A stretch of 63,007 bases of DNA, filler included, from Octopus bimaculoides (lineage: Eukaryota): the NCBI RefSeq assembly GCF_001194135.2. It is 6 parts of 6 records of this genome, joined end to end, with 100 filler letters (N's around TTAATTAATTAA, not from the genome) between each part and the next. Parts side by side here need not be neighbours in the genome. Positions count along the whole stretch, not along the records: positions 21,578 to 40,107 come from NC_068988.1; positions 40,208 to 48,061 come from NC_068987.1; positions 48,162 to 57,535 come from NC_068983.1; 3 more parts are not named here. The stretch is one strand, 5' to 3'. The translations under genes and the position numbers were made by a program. Under the pieces are notes generated by a model, which made no database searches, was not told the origin of the DNA, and worked only from the letters and a program-made list of their open reading frames with translations. Of the stretch, positions 37,176 to 50,496 are shown in pieces; the stretch's first letter is position 1, and each line of letters starts with the position of its first letter.

Positions 37176-38019
37176 TGTCTTTACTACAATAAATTAACTA
37201 TAACATTACCTGTCATGACATAACATTGAAAATATATTTTTGCCACAGTTGTTAGTATCAGCTCATGTTACAACTTCAATTAATTGATAGTTAAACAGTA
37301 TTACTGCTATTAATAATATATAGTAATTGCAAATATATAAATGAAAACTCCATTTTATTTCATTTAAAGTTAACAAACACATATATTCTTAAACTAAGTA
37401 TTCATTCCAGTATCTTATACAAGCATCATGAATACAGTAAAACTATAAATGTACCTATAAGATATTATTAATTTTACATAAAGTAAGGAAAGGATATTGT
37501 CAATGTTATCTGTCATATGACAGGTGACTCTCTAGTTACTTCATAAAGTGTACTCAACAAAATTGTTTTTTAGCCATCTTAGTTCTGGTGGATTCAAAAT
37601 CTGCCAATGTCAACTTTACATATTTCATTCTTCTAGTGATGACAAATAAGTACCAGTACTATACTTAGATCAATTCAACAAATGATATCCTCCTCTCTTT
37701 AAAAAAAAAAACAGCCAGCCTGTTGATGAACCAACCAAGTCATGCTAGGTTGTGTCGTTTCATCCCTCATATTTTAAGGTATCCTCAATCAATTTACATG
37801 AACCAAATCATTCATAGGCAAGTTGCAGCATGCTGTTTATGCCTCCACAAAAAATAAAATCAACAATACTTCAAAGAATATTTGAACAACTTTGTTTCCT
37901 TGTTATGTGTGTGAATGTGTAACTATGTATGTATATTATCCATATATGTGTATATATATTTATAACTGTGTGTATATACATATATATTAATATACATACA
38001 TGTATACACACACACATAC

Positions 38020-38058
<39 letters not shown>

Positions 38059-38059
38059 A

Positions 38060-38200
38060 AAAGGTGGCAAATTGGCAGAGAGGTTGAAACAATGCATCGC
38101 AGTATGTTTCAACTCACTATGTTCTGAGTTCAAATCTTGCCATGGTCAACTTTGTCTTTCATCTTTCAAGGGTTAATAACAAAAGTACCAGTCCATGGTG
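38060..38200 (+). mobile_element. SINE family B, diverged
   Basis: aaggtggcaaattggcaga..gagttcaaatcttgccatggtcaactttg. Confidence 0.65.
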
Positions 38201-38650
38201 GTGGACAAATGAAATTGCTACAGCATCAGAAGGGACACCTTACAGTATCTGTTGGGTTACATTAAAATCGGACACCATCACNNNNNNNNNNNNNNNNNNN
38301 NNNNNNNNNNNNNNNNNNNNNNNNNNNNNNNNNNNNNNNNNNNNNNNNNNNNNNNNNNNNNNNNNNNNNNNNNNNNNNNNNNNNNNNNNNNNNNNNNNNN
38401 NNNNNNNNNNNNNNNNNNNNNNNNNNNNNNNNNNNNNNNNNNNNNNNNNNNNNNNNNNNNNNNNNNNNNNNNNNNNNNNNNNNNNNNNNNNNNNNNNNNN
38501 NNNNNNNNNNNNNNNNNNNNNNNNNNNNNNNNNNNNNNNNNNNNNNNNNNNNNNNNNNNNNNNNNNNNNNNNNNNNNNNNNNNNNTATATATATGCATGT
38601 GAAGGATGTCTGGGTGTGTTGTGTGTGTGTGTGTGTGTGTATATTTTGTA

Positions 38651-38702
<52 letters not shown>

Positions 38703-38941
38703 TGTGAAGGATGTCTGGGTGTGTTTGTGTGTGTGTGTGTGTGTGCGTGTGTGTATGTGTGTGTGCATGGTGTGTGTGTGTAAGTATATATATACATAAG
38801 TTTCTGGATAATAATCAGGATTTGAAACAAACACAATACAGAACATTAGTGATTTATCAATAAATTTAATGTTTTATCATCATCATCATCATCATCATCA
38901 TCTGTTTAATGTTTCTTCTTTTTTTTTTCTCCTTCTGCTAG

Positions 38942-38975
38942 AGCTGATTGATTTGAACCAGTCTACCATACAGTA
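38942..38975 (+). CDS. Candidate 34-nt micro-exon of an unidentified host gene (xLIDLNQSTIQx)
   Basis: Strong polypyrimidine tract ending CTAG, donor GTAAGT. Only one frame is open. No homology recognised. Confidence 0.4.
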
Positions 38976-39384
38976 GTAAGTCTGACACAATCATACACTG
39001 CCTGGTAATATTGAGTTTATGTGCTATGACAAGAAGCATTACATAAATTCATTGTCTGAGATACGCTGCAGACTGCCAAAAATATTACATCTGAGCAACA
39101 TGACCCAGCTTGTCTAATAAGTGTTATGTCTTAATGACATAACCTAGTCTATTACAAAAATGTTAGCTCTGTATAACAGAAACCCATCCCACTACTACGT
39201 AGATTATCTAAAACCAATGTTAGGGATGAAGTGAATTCACACAGTCTGCATTAGTCAAAGCAACACACAACACACATCGAAAACCATTAAGGCCCACAGT
39301 AAACTGACCTCAAAAATATATTAGGGGCTGTGACATGACTTCAATTATTTAATACAATTTTAAGTAGCAAGTGAAATAATCACC

Positions 39385-39600
39385 ATCATCATCATTTAAT
39401 ATCCACTGTTCCATGCATGCACAAATTGGATAGAGTTTGTTTAAGGCAGATTTTCTATGGCTGGATGCCCTTCTTGTTGCCAACCCTCACCTGTTTATTA
39501 GCAAGAAAATTCTTTCCTCATGCCCAGACATGTTTACACAGAATATTGGAAATGAACGATACTACTTCTATGACACTAACAGGGTAACAATCATTATGCA
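39385..39600 (-). mobile_element. RTE-tailed short retroelement
   Basis: catcatcatttaatatccactgttccatgc..ggatgcccttcttgttgccaaccctcacctg. Confidence 0.6.
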
Positions 39601-39762
39601 AACATACACACACAAAACACACATATAGATACACAAATATGTATTATATACAGAAAGACATAGATAACTAATTTCATTTGAAAAACATGATGCTGGTACA
39701 TGATAAATCACAAGAAAAAAGTATAAATATATATATACACTTATACATATATATACATACAT

Positions 39763-39798
<36 letters not shown>

Positions 39799-40039
39799 AC
39801 ATATATATATATATATATATTCACATACACACACACACACACAAACATACACACATACACATATATATACAAATGCATTAATACCTGGACCTCCTTATTA
39901 CTTATTTGCCTTTCATCCACCTAACTTTGAGCTGTGAGGTCAATACCAGACTGACTTGGTACCTCAACCTAAGTACCTAATTCAACTGAATCTCTCTCTA
40001 TATATATACACATATATAAATATATATATATATAAATAA

Positions 40040-40080
<41 letters not shown>

Positions 40081-40238
40081 TATATGTAGATAAATATTGA
40101 CTGCTAGNNNNNNNNNNNNNNNNNNNNNNNNNNNNNNNNNNNNNNNNNNNNTTAATTAATTAANNNNNNNNNNNNNNNNNNNNNNNNNNNNNNNNNNNNN
40201 NNNNNNNTGTGTGTGTGTGTGTGCTTGTGCTTGTTTGC

Positions 40239-40274
<36 letters not shown>

Positions 40275-40279
40275 CAGAG

Positions 40280-40665
40280 GACACTGTCAGTGGTAAGAAG
40301 TTTGCTTCGCAACCACATGGTTTCGGGTTCAGTCCCACCGCGTGTTATCTCTGGCAATGATCTTCTGCTACCGCTTCCAGTCGCCCAAAGCCTTGTGAGA
40401 TTTAGTAGACGGAAACTAAAAGAAGCCCATTGTATGTATGTGTGTGTGTGTTGTATGTGTATGTTGTATGTGTGTGTGTGTGTGTGTGTGTGTATTTCTA
40501 TCTGTGTTTCACCCCCGCCACTGGTTCACAACCGGTGTTCTTTTGTTTACGTTCCAGCAAAAGAGACCGATACAATAAGTACCAGGCTTTGAAAGAAATA
40601 AGTACAGGGTTCGATTCGCAAGACTAAAATTCTTCAAGTTGGTGCCCCAGCATGGCCGCAGTTTA
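40280..40665 (+). mobile_element. SINE family A
   Basis: Head-to-tail similarity to 12351. Confidence 0.85.
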
Positions 40666-41185
40666 ATAGTTTAATGATATAACACAATATAGAAGATAAA
40701 AGATTATATATAAATATGAATATACATGGTGAATGAAAGACGGAAGATGGAATATACGAGAATTTATTGTTAACCACAACAATTGTTTTTATTCATATGG
40801 TATCGATCCCTCACGGGGATCTCCCGTCTTTCATTTGCCATATACATAACGACCACTATGAAAATGACCGTGCTTTGCCAGTAAGCTACCAGGTGTAAAC
40901 TATTTGTTTTATTATAAATATGTGTGTGTGTGTGTGTGTATGTGTGTGTATATATAGGTATATGTATATAGGTATAATTCAAAAATAGGATAAAATCTTT
41001 ATAAGAAATTATCAAGTACTTAGCGTGAAAAACCTCATAAGGGAAAAAATGATTACTTATTCCCTATAAATATATTTATTTATATTAAGGGCATTACTAT
41101 ACATAAATGCCTCACGCTAGGAGGGACTCTTAAAGTCAAAACTACCTTAATAGACACAGTGCATATCAGTATACATATACGTGTC

Positions 41186-41228
<43 letters not shown>

Positions 41229-42275
41229 NNNNNNNNNNGTGTGTGTGTGTGTAGGTTCATTCCATAAAAAAATGCGGTATTTTGAATTGCATGAGCTAAA
41301 AGTCGGAGGTGGACGGGATAAATTACCTGCATCGACTTTGTATAGCACCCTTGTCCATGGTTACATGTATGTGTATGTACACACACACACACACACACAC
41401 ACACAGTGCTGCGATTTTGCGATTGCTAGTTCAATCTCATCAGTAGAGGGAAAGTGTTTAAAGCGTGTAACAGTCCTTTGAAATTCAAATTTTCGCCTAT
41501 TTTTCTGTTATTAGCTTTGAAATATTGAGCACCATGTTTATTATATAAAGATTATTTCGAAAGATGCACTGAGCCATAACGGTGTGACTAAGAACTTTCT
41601 TTCGAAACCGTATGGTTTCGTGCTTCATTCGACATCGTGAAACCTTGTACAAGTGCATTTTTGTATAGACACGCATTGAGCAATAGTTTCTTTTTTTTGT
41701 TTGTTTTGCGGAAGCGGCACAGAACCCCCTCATGTGTATGCGTCTGAACGTGAGGTGCTTTTGTGTTTATGTCTATGTGAGTGTATGTGTAACTGTGTAT
41801 ATGTATTTATGTTGTGTTAGTGTGTGTATTTCTGTGTTTGTGTGTACATGTGGGTGGGTGTGTTATCTCATTACGACGATAAACAAGATTAGGCAAAAAA
41901 ATAAAATAACGGCTGCATTTAGATAGAATACACCTCCAAGAATCTTATAAAGAAAGTTTATATTTGCGACAAGGATTTAGGGGGCTTGTGCAAAACAGAA
42001 ACACAAAAAACGATGTTAGAAAATATCTACCGTAGGTCTGAAACAAGATAAATAGAAAAATTACAAAAAAATGTCTCTTTTTTTTCAAGGAAGCCAATAA
42101 ATACGAAACAGAACTGAAATGTTAGAGGGTTATGAAAAGAGAAGCGAAATAACATTAGGAATGCGATAATGTTAAAATGTAAGCCAAAAATAAGAGTACA
42201 GAATACAGAATATCATGCAAAAACGATGGCAAAGGAAGGTCTTATATGGCCTGCACCTGACTAGTCCTAAGCATA

Positions 42276-42339
<64 letters not shown>

Positions 42340-42413
42340 NNNNNNNNNNNNNNNNNNNNNNNNNNNNNNNNNNNNNNNNNNNNNNNNNNNNNNNNNNNNN
42401 NNNNNNNNNNNNN

Positions 42414-42449
<36 letters not shown>

Positions 42450-42451
<2 letters not shown>

Positions 42452-42625
42452 GAAATTTGTAGAAAAACGAAGACAAGTGTATGAGCAACAAGCAAGTGTA
42501 TTAGTTTGACGCTCGGGAAAATAGAAAAGTCTTTTACGTTTCGAGCCTACACTCTTCAACAGAGAGGAATAAGAGAAAATAAACAGATGATAAGAAGAAG
42601 ACAAAGAAAATTCTTTAACACATCT
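42450..42625 (-). mobile_element. PLE-type pseudo-LTR remnant with a minimal hammerhead-like motif
   Basis: Minus strand CUGUUGA-A-GAGU-guag-GCUC-GAAAC-GUA at 42531-42566. Confidence 0.5.
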
Positions 42626-42784
42626 TTAGAGATTCCTTACAATTGTTTCTGTACCAACTGTATCTGCTACGCCGATTTACGCGAAAATTCAAAGTGAAAA
42701 TTTCCGTAATGTTTGAGGTTTTAGACATTAGAGTAGAACTTCTTCAGACTTGCATCAAAGGTGTGCCGTCACATATATATTTGT

Positions 42785-43023
42785 ATTCTTTTACTTATTT
42801 CAGTTATTTGACAGTGTCTGTGCTGGGGGATCGCCTTGAAGGGTTTTAGTCGAACAAATCTACTCCAGGGCTTATTGTTTAGAGCCTGCTATTTACGCTA
42901 TCAGTGTCTTTTGCCGAACCGCTAATTTACGAGGACGTAAACACACCCACTCCGGTAGTCAAGTGCGGGTGAGGTACAAACACGGACACCAAGATATGCA
43001 CACAGATTAGAGAAGCCCGTCGT
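42785..43023. mobile_element. SINE family A fragments
   Basis: Minus-strand tail 42785-42990, plus agaagcccgtcgt. Confidence 0.7.
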
Positions 43024-43222
43024 NNNNNNNNNNGTATACATACATGCATATATAGGTACAGGGCATCACAAAAAGCGTTAAAAACAATGAGAAACGAAAA
43101 CATAAAGACGAAGACAGAAAACGAACTTTTTTTTCGAACAACGAAAAAAACAGAGAAATGAGACATGCAGCATAAAGAATATTTCCCTTCTTCAGTTGTC
43201 TCTGTTCCATCTACTCCGCGTT

Positions 43223-43258
<36 letters not shown>

Positions 43259-43395
43259 CGACGGGCTTCTTTCAGTTTCCATCTACCAAATCCACTCACA
43301 GGGCTTCGGTCGACCCGAAGCTATAGCAGTTGACCAAGGTACCACGCAGTGGAACTAAATCCGGAACCATGTGGTTAGGAAGCAAGCTTCTTACA
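43259..43395 (-). mobile_element. SINE family A head
   Basis: Reverse-complement match. Confidence 0.8.
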
Positions 43396-44019
43396 ATTTA
43401 GTTGAAAATGCACAGAGAATATATTAGATTTAATTGGAATTTAATCACATTTTAAAATGTAAGTATACACTTTACCGGTTTCACATTAGATTTTCAGGAG
43501 TGTATAGCATATGGAGCAATATCGTGAATTTTGTGTATTCCGGCCGGTTTCTAAACTAGGAACGTGGCTCTCACACTGTCTCTCTCTATTGAATTCACTC
43601 ACAAGACATTGGTCAGTCCGGGAATTATAGTAGAAAATATTTGCTTAAGCTGCCGTGCATCGTGACTGAACCCGAAACCAGGTGGATGTAAATCGTGTTT
43701 CAAAGTAATTTAACGAGTAGCACTAAAATTCGGGATTGCTTATACAGGCACGCGCCAAGGTATTTAGGAAGCAGGAACAGTCTATCATATCGATACTCTT
43801 GCATAACTGTTGCTTTATTTTATCGTAAGAATGAAAAAGAAAGCTGACCGCCGTGAAATTTGAACACAGAACGTAATGGCTCATAAGTAAATACAGAAAA
43901 GCTTGTTTGTCAATCGCATCAACAAGAAGAACAACAAAAATGTTAATAAGGGCTTCAAGTTTTGGTACAATATAATAATAATGAGAAACGCCAACGTTTC
44001 TTTGAAGCAAACAAACAGT

Positions 44020-45280
44020 TCAACTCCAATCCCCGAAAGATTCAATCAAGAACTTGGCAACAATAAAATAGAGATCAATGCAGCACCAACAGCAGAAGAA
44101 ATGGAAGAATTTTGGAAAGAAATATGGTCGGCGAAGAAACAACCTCGGAAAAGATCTATCAAAATAACAAACACAGCACCTGAACTTTGGACTCCGATCA
44201 CAACTGAAGAGGTCACCCAGGCACTGCAAAAACCAAGCAACTGGAAGCACCCGAGAACACGACAAGATAGTATTCCCTACACATGGATCCTAGAAATACT
44301 AGCTATGGACAAGGTAGCACCAGTAATCATAAAATATCTAACAGGAATACATAAAACGCTGGCTGACAAATTTAATTTCATACTAGCAGAGCCAGAGACA
44401 ATACCTGAATGGCTCCCGGAAGGGAAAACTATCTTAATTCCCAAATCTACTGATACGGCAAACCCACAAAATTACAGACCGATAATTTGTCTCCCTCCAA
44501 TCTACAACGCCTTTACTGCAATAATAATATCGCAGAGAATGGGCAAACATATGGGAAAAAACAACTTGTTTCCAAAAGAGAAGAAGGAATTCTGCAAGGG
44601 ATCATATGGCTGTAATGATAAGTTATTGATCGATGGAGCCATAACTGAAGACAGCCGAAGAAAAAGAAGGGTCTAACAGAATGAATGCTGCAAGGGCTCA
44701 TGTGGCTGTAAAGATCAGTTACTGATCGATAAAGCCATAGCTGAAGACAGCCGAAGAAAAAGAAGGGTCTAAGTATGGCTTGAATTGATTATCGAAAGAA
44801 TTTTGATAGTATTCCCTACACATGGATCCTAGAAACACTAGCTATGAACAAGGTAGCACCAGTAATCATAAAATATATAAAGTATTCCATGAATAAATGG
44901 CAAACAGTGCCGCATCACCAGACTCATAAAAACCAACGCCATCCCCATTAGAAGAGGAATATTCCAGGAAGACACACTCTCTCCACACCATTTCTGCTTG
45001 GCACTGACATCGTTATCTAACATGCTAAGCAGAACTAGATGTGAATAAAACTGTTACGGCAAAACAATCAGCCAGCTCTTGTATATGGACGACCTAAAAC
45101 TGTACGCTACAAAAGACAGACAGCTGCAGACATTACTATAGATAGTACATGGATTTACCAAAGAAATAAACGTGAAATCTGGCTTAGAAAAATGTGCCAA
45201 AGCAACCTTGAAAAGAGGAAAACTAGTTAAGAGTAACAACATCACACTAGTTAAAGCAAATGAAATAAGAGAATTAGACA
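44020..45280 (+). mobile_element. R4/Dong-type LINE RT fragment with internal duplications
   Basis: EEMEEFWKEIW..EWLPEGKTILIPK..NYRPIICL..KGSYGCND.LLID..FDSIP.TWI..RGIFQEDTLSP..YMDDLKLYA..GLEKCAK. Confidence 0.92.
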
Positions 45281-45281
45281 G

Positions 45282-45480
45282 TTTTCTCTATGAAGGCCGT
45301 TTTTTAGTCTATCCACTGATATAGTGTCTTTGCGACTATTAAGGTCTATAGTGAAAAATTTATCAGAGCGTGAAGCAAAACGGAAAGGACCTGCATACGG
45401 TGCTGACAACAGTTGCGCACAAAAACGTGAGTCCAAAAAGTAAAGCTTCCTTCAAGGCAGAGCTAGAAATGCAATTGTCA
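45282..45480 (-). mobile_element. Gypsy/Ty3 integrase C-terminal (GPY/F) fragment
   Basis: LSAPYAGPFRFASRSDKFFTIDLNSRKDTISVDRLK matches the P.Y.GPF.V..R..K.F.L...G....VS.DRLK pattern. Confidence 0.7.
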
Positions 45481-46016
45481 GGTAGGTAACAGGTTTTAAG
45501 CAAGAGCGATATATTCAAAGTTTGTAAAACTAAAAATTGTCGATGATAAATTAAATTTATTATTGTTACTGAATATGTTAGTGTTATTTAATTTCAGAAC
45601 GGTTTTGCTGCCGTTTGTTTATGTAGTTTGATTTCTTTATCCATCAGTTTCTAAGATAGAGACGCGAGTAAAATTAATAATAGAGAAACGAAAAGAAAAC
45701 TGTGGAAACAACAACGCTGCCATAACTTACATGGAAACCATGAGAATGCTTTCAAGGGAGATAATCAGAGAAACACTTGAAAGTCAACGTAAGATCATAA
45801 TACTTTATGTAAAGTAAAGTAAATATCAAAAAAATAATCCAAAATCTTTTACCGGTACCGGATCGAGCGCAAAATATAATTAGTTCGTGACAGTCACGAG
45901 GCCAAACATCCTTGAAAGTTTCATCCGAATCCATCCGGTGGTTCTTGAGATATCTTTTCCACGGACAAACAAGCAAACACGAATGAAAACAATATCTCCG
46001 CCTTAGCGAAGGTGGA

Positions 46017-46080
<64 letters not shown>

Positions 46081-46618
46081 GATGTAGTACCAGGCAATGG
46101 TTCTTATGGCTTCTGATCTTAACTGATTGGAAGTGTTATCATGTACATTGTTTTGTCTTATATAAAAAGATGGGCTACAGCAAATATTCTGCTCTATATC
46201 ACAGATTTGCTTGTCGGTTGTTTGACGTTAACCAGTTCAGCATGTCCCTTGGTGGCTGAAGATATGTGCATCTCTGATCATGAGCAGAAGTAGTGGGGGA
46301 GCATCATAGCCATGTGTTGAGAGGAATTCTTTGGGGTTTTAATAATTCACCTTTGGAAACATGGGTGTTTCATTCAATATCCTTAAACAAACCTTATTCA
46401 GCGACCTTTTGAGTGGGATTAGCTACTTGACCTGAAGAAAATTCTAGCTAGGCCCCACCTGCAAAGTCATGCACTGTTTATCTTGATATGAGACTACTAT
46501 GTCGCGCACATACGGTTGTGATGCATGTGTTTCGTGTACCCTTATCAGACGGGTAGTCATGATGGGTATACTGGGCTTCGTATATTTTACCCCAGTGTCA
46601 CTTTGATGGCATGCAAGA

Positions 46619-46682
<64 letters not shown>

Positions 46683-46683
46683 C

Positions 46684-46998
46684 CCTTAAAACTTGAAATA
46701 AGAAGAAATTGGAGTATGAGAACAGTAAAGGTCGTGCCTATAATAATCGGTGCGTTGGGAACAGTAAGCAAGGATATAGATAAAAGGCTGAATGACAATG
46801 GAATAGAATGCCCTATAGAGCTCCTATAAAAAGTTCGTCTCTTAGGGATAGCAAGGATTATCAGGAAGGTTCTAAGCACTTGAAAGACTACTGAAAACTT
46901 GTGGATACCTAAGGTTACAGGTAGTAACCCGTCACCCACATAGATACTACCAGGAATCAGACCGAGCCTGAGCCATTACCAAAATAATAATAATAATA
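46684..46998 (+). mobile_element. R4/Dong-type LINE extreme 3' end embedded in (AAT)n
   Basis: LKLEIRRNWSMRTVKVVPIIIGALGTVSK..LLGIARIIRKVLST*, then a UTR. (AAT)n lies on both sides. Confidence 0.8.
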
Positions 46999-47894
46999 AC
47001 ATCAACAACATAGACTATGTATATCACTCTTTAACGTAGCCATCTTCTCAAATTATATATGTATTACACGAGTACACACGTGAAAATATAAACAACTATA
47101 CATACCGGATGTTAATTTTCGTTGCTGTTGATTCCATGTTTCCATGTTTGTTCTTTCTGTTGATGTTGTGAATCGCATCACTCACAATCGGCTTATTTCC
47201 AGTGTCGTTTTGTCACAGTCGATTATGTCGCCAATGTTATTGGCTTAGATTTCTTTTGTTGTTATTGTTGTTGTTGCTGTCGTCATCGTCGTCGTTGTCA
47301 ACCTTGTTGTTGTTGTTGTCGTCGCTGTCTCTGTTAACGTTGTTTCTTGCATATTTTTCTCCCTCCTTTTCCTGTCTACGTTAACAATAGTATATAGAAT
47401 AAGTAAACACAATCACATACAAATACATATATATATATATACATACACACATACATATATAGACACAAACATTCAAATTCGTATGTGAGTGTGTACAGAT
47501 ATATATATATATATATATGGTTGCGTATATATACGTGTGTGCGTGTGTGTATGTACATGTATGTATATAAATATACGTATGTATTTATATATTTATATAT
47601 GAAGATATGCAGATGCATGTATACTGATGAGGGGTGCATGTGTGTACGCGAGTGAGTATACGTCTATGCGTATGTGTATAAGCAAATGCATGTAGTATAT
47701 TCTTACATATACATACATATATATATATTTATTTGTCTATATAATGAAAGAGTCGTTGTGTCTCTATATTTGAGTATACAAATGGTTGAGATACTCTTCA
47801 ATAACATCGCTACATTTAACAAATTGAAATATCTATATTCGCTAGTAGAGTGGAAATGTAAAAGCATTTGTAACTTTATAGAATGCGTGCCTCT

Positions 47895-47951
<57 letters not shown>

Positions 47952-48758
47952 GGGTGGATAATTGGTTGGATGCTTGGGTGTGTGTGTGTTTGTGTGTGAG
48001 GGTGCGTGCGTGTGCCGAACTGTGTGCGTGAATGTTGATACGTGTGTTTATTTGCATATGCNNNNNNNNNNNNNNNNNNNNNNNNNNNNNNNNNNNNNNN
48101 NNNNNTTAATTAATTAANNNNNNNNNNNNNNNNNNNNNNNNNNNNNNNNNNNNNNNNNNNNATATATATATATATATATATATAGTTATGTATGAGGAAA
48201 TTTGTTGTTCCCCAGTAGGCGCAAGGCCAAGTCTATAAGAAAAGTTAGTTTAGTCGAATGCTTTTAGTACAGTTATTGCTTGATACTGTTGTTATTTTCT
48301 TTTATCTCTTACTGCCCTTTCATCTGGGTGTTTTTGCCATTGTGTGTACCATCCTTACAAGCATAGAAGCACATTTGCACTCACACATACACATATGCAC
48401 ATACGTACATATACTTACGTACGTACACTTATGTGTGTATTAAAGGATAATTATGGATATTTATTCATGTCAATATACATCCGGTCCGAAAATTTTGTGT
48501 GCACGGAAAGCTTGCCAAAATAAACGTTATACATACACATATTAAACCTCTTTTCATGTCTTGGTTCTTTTGATGCTCATATGTAACACATACGTACATA
48601 CACACACCCGCACACCCACACACATTTATATATTCGTATACATACATATTATTTATATACATATACATAGTATTATTATATACATATATACATATTATGA
48701 TATGTATATAAATATATATCTATACATTTATATATATATATATATATATGCCTGTATG

Positions 48759-48824
<66 letters not shown>

Positions 48825-48847
48825 GATAGATAGATAGATAGATAGAG

Positions 48848-48896
<49 letters not shown>

Positions 48897-50496
48897 TAAT
48901 TTACACATGAAGATAGAATGAACGAACTTTAATTACAAAATACAATTCGCTCTGTGCAATTGTAGGAATGGTTAGTAGCTGATTTTTTTCTTTAACATTA
49001 CATAGCAGTGCTGTCAAAGCCGCGCACCTGATGACGTCTCAGTACAAAGTTTGCTGCTAGATCATGTTTATTTACGTAACTATTTATAAAATAATTTATG
49101 TAATAGCATGTTAAGGATAAATCAGCAACGCACAGCTGTTACTATTGCGCAGAAACAAGTGTTGTGTTTTTAATTAAAGCCTATTCATTCCATTTTCATG
49201 TTTAAGTTGCATATAAATTCAACATACATATTGAACAGAGTTCAAATGTATATCCAGAAGAAAGAACAACCCTGCTGTAAAATGGTATATGATAGCCGAT
49301 AACCGTATAGGAGCTTTTAAGTGTACTTTATGAGTTTATTACCCAAAATAATATTGAATAATTAATACATATGTAAACACACGCACGTACACACATTTAT
49401 ACACACAGACACACACAAATATATACATATATATGTTCATATATGTTATATATTCAAATATATATATGTGTGTGTGTGTGTGAATGTGTGTGTGTGTGTG
49501 TGGTATGTGTGTGTGTGTATGTGTATGTGTGTGAGTGAGTGTGTGTGTTATGTCACCTCTTTCAATAATAGCCAAGACAGCGATGTTGCTGCAAGTAATA
49601 CCCTGCAACAATCGGAAGGAAAGGAAATAGCGGTATCTCATGATTTCCCTTTATGCAAATTAGGCGATCGTCGCGAACTAATATCATGAAACATTAATCT
49701 CATGCAATTTATTTTAATTTATTTCATCTATTATTTCAGCATGATTAAATCTTTTGTTTAACATAATTCCAACCGGTACCATGTATTTTGATTAAAATGG
49801 TAATGTATCCTAAAACTTCTCAAATCATTTTTCCTCCTTTTTTATTATAAATTTGGTCGTGTGAAACCTCTTAACCTTCGCAATAAACACATACATACTT
49901 ACATACATAAATACATGCATATACACACAAACACACATACATATATATAGGTAAATCTAAGCTGGTTTATGCACAGAGTTCGAGGTTCTTAATAATTGTA
50001 TGTTATATGTAACAAGGGTAATATTGTCTTGTTTAATGATTTGAACAACTTTCTATGCTATATTTCGTGACGTTACAGCAAAGATCTACATGTAAATTAA
50101 TTCATATTACTACCTATTCCACTTCCTGAAATTGAGTTATAATGCCTTAATCTCTCTCATTTATTTAGATGCTATGCGGAGGTAATTGTCAGTGATGTGA
50201 GACTTCGTGTGTTGGAATATGTGACTGGTCCTTTTAGTGGGATTTCAGTGATGATATATCTGGAATTGACATTAGTATTTAAGCGATAAAAATTTATTCT
50301 CTGCTACAGGACCCACATTATTTCTAACATTTTTGTACTAAATATCATCAGCGGCCAGCTGATTAACTGTCGATGAGTTGTTGTCAGATGTCTAACATGC
50401 AGACGAATCAAGCGGGCCATAATATATTACATGGAATAATGAGGGCAAGAGAAATAATATTCTTAAGATCATATACCTGGAAAATTACAGGACAAG

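Noticed and set aside
38586-38760. Duplicated gcatgtgaaggatgtctgggtgtg unit
   Set aside because: Gap-adjacent and microsatellite-flanked; may be an allelic or assembly duplication.
43040-43226. PLE-like terminus with CTGAAGA on the minus strand
   Set aside because: Truncated by (TA)n at the GAAAC position, and no consistent stems can be formed.
46070-46616. GC-balanced block that looks like an interspersed repeat
   Set aside because: No second copy, TIR, TSD or coding motif within this window, so it cannot be classified from the sequence alone.
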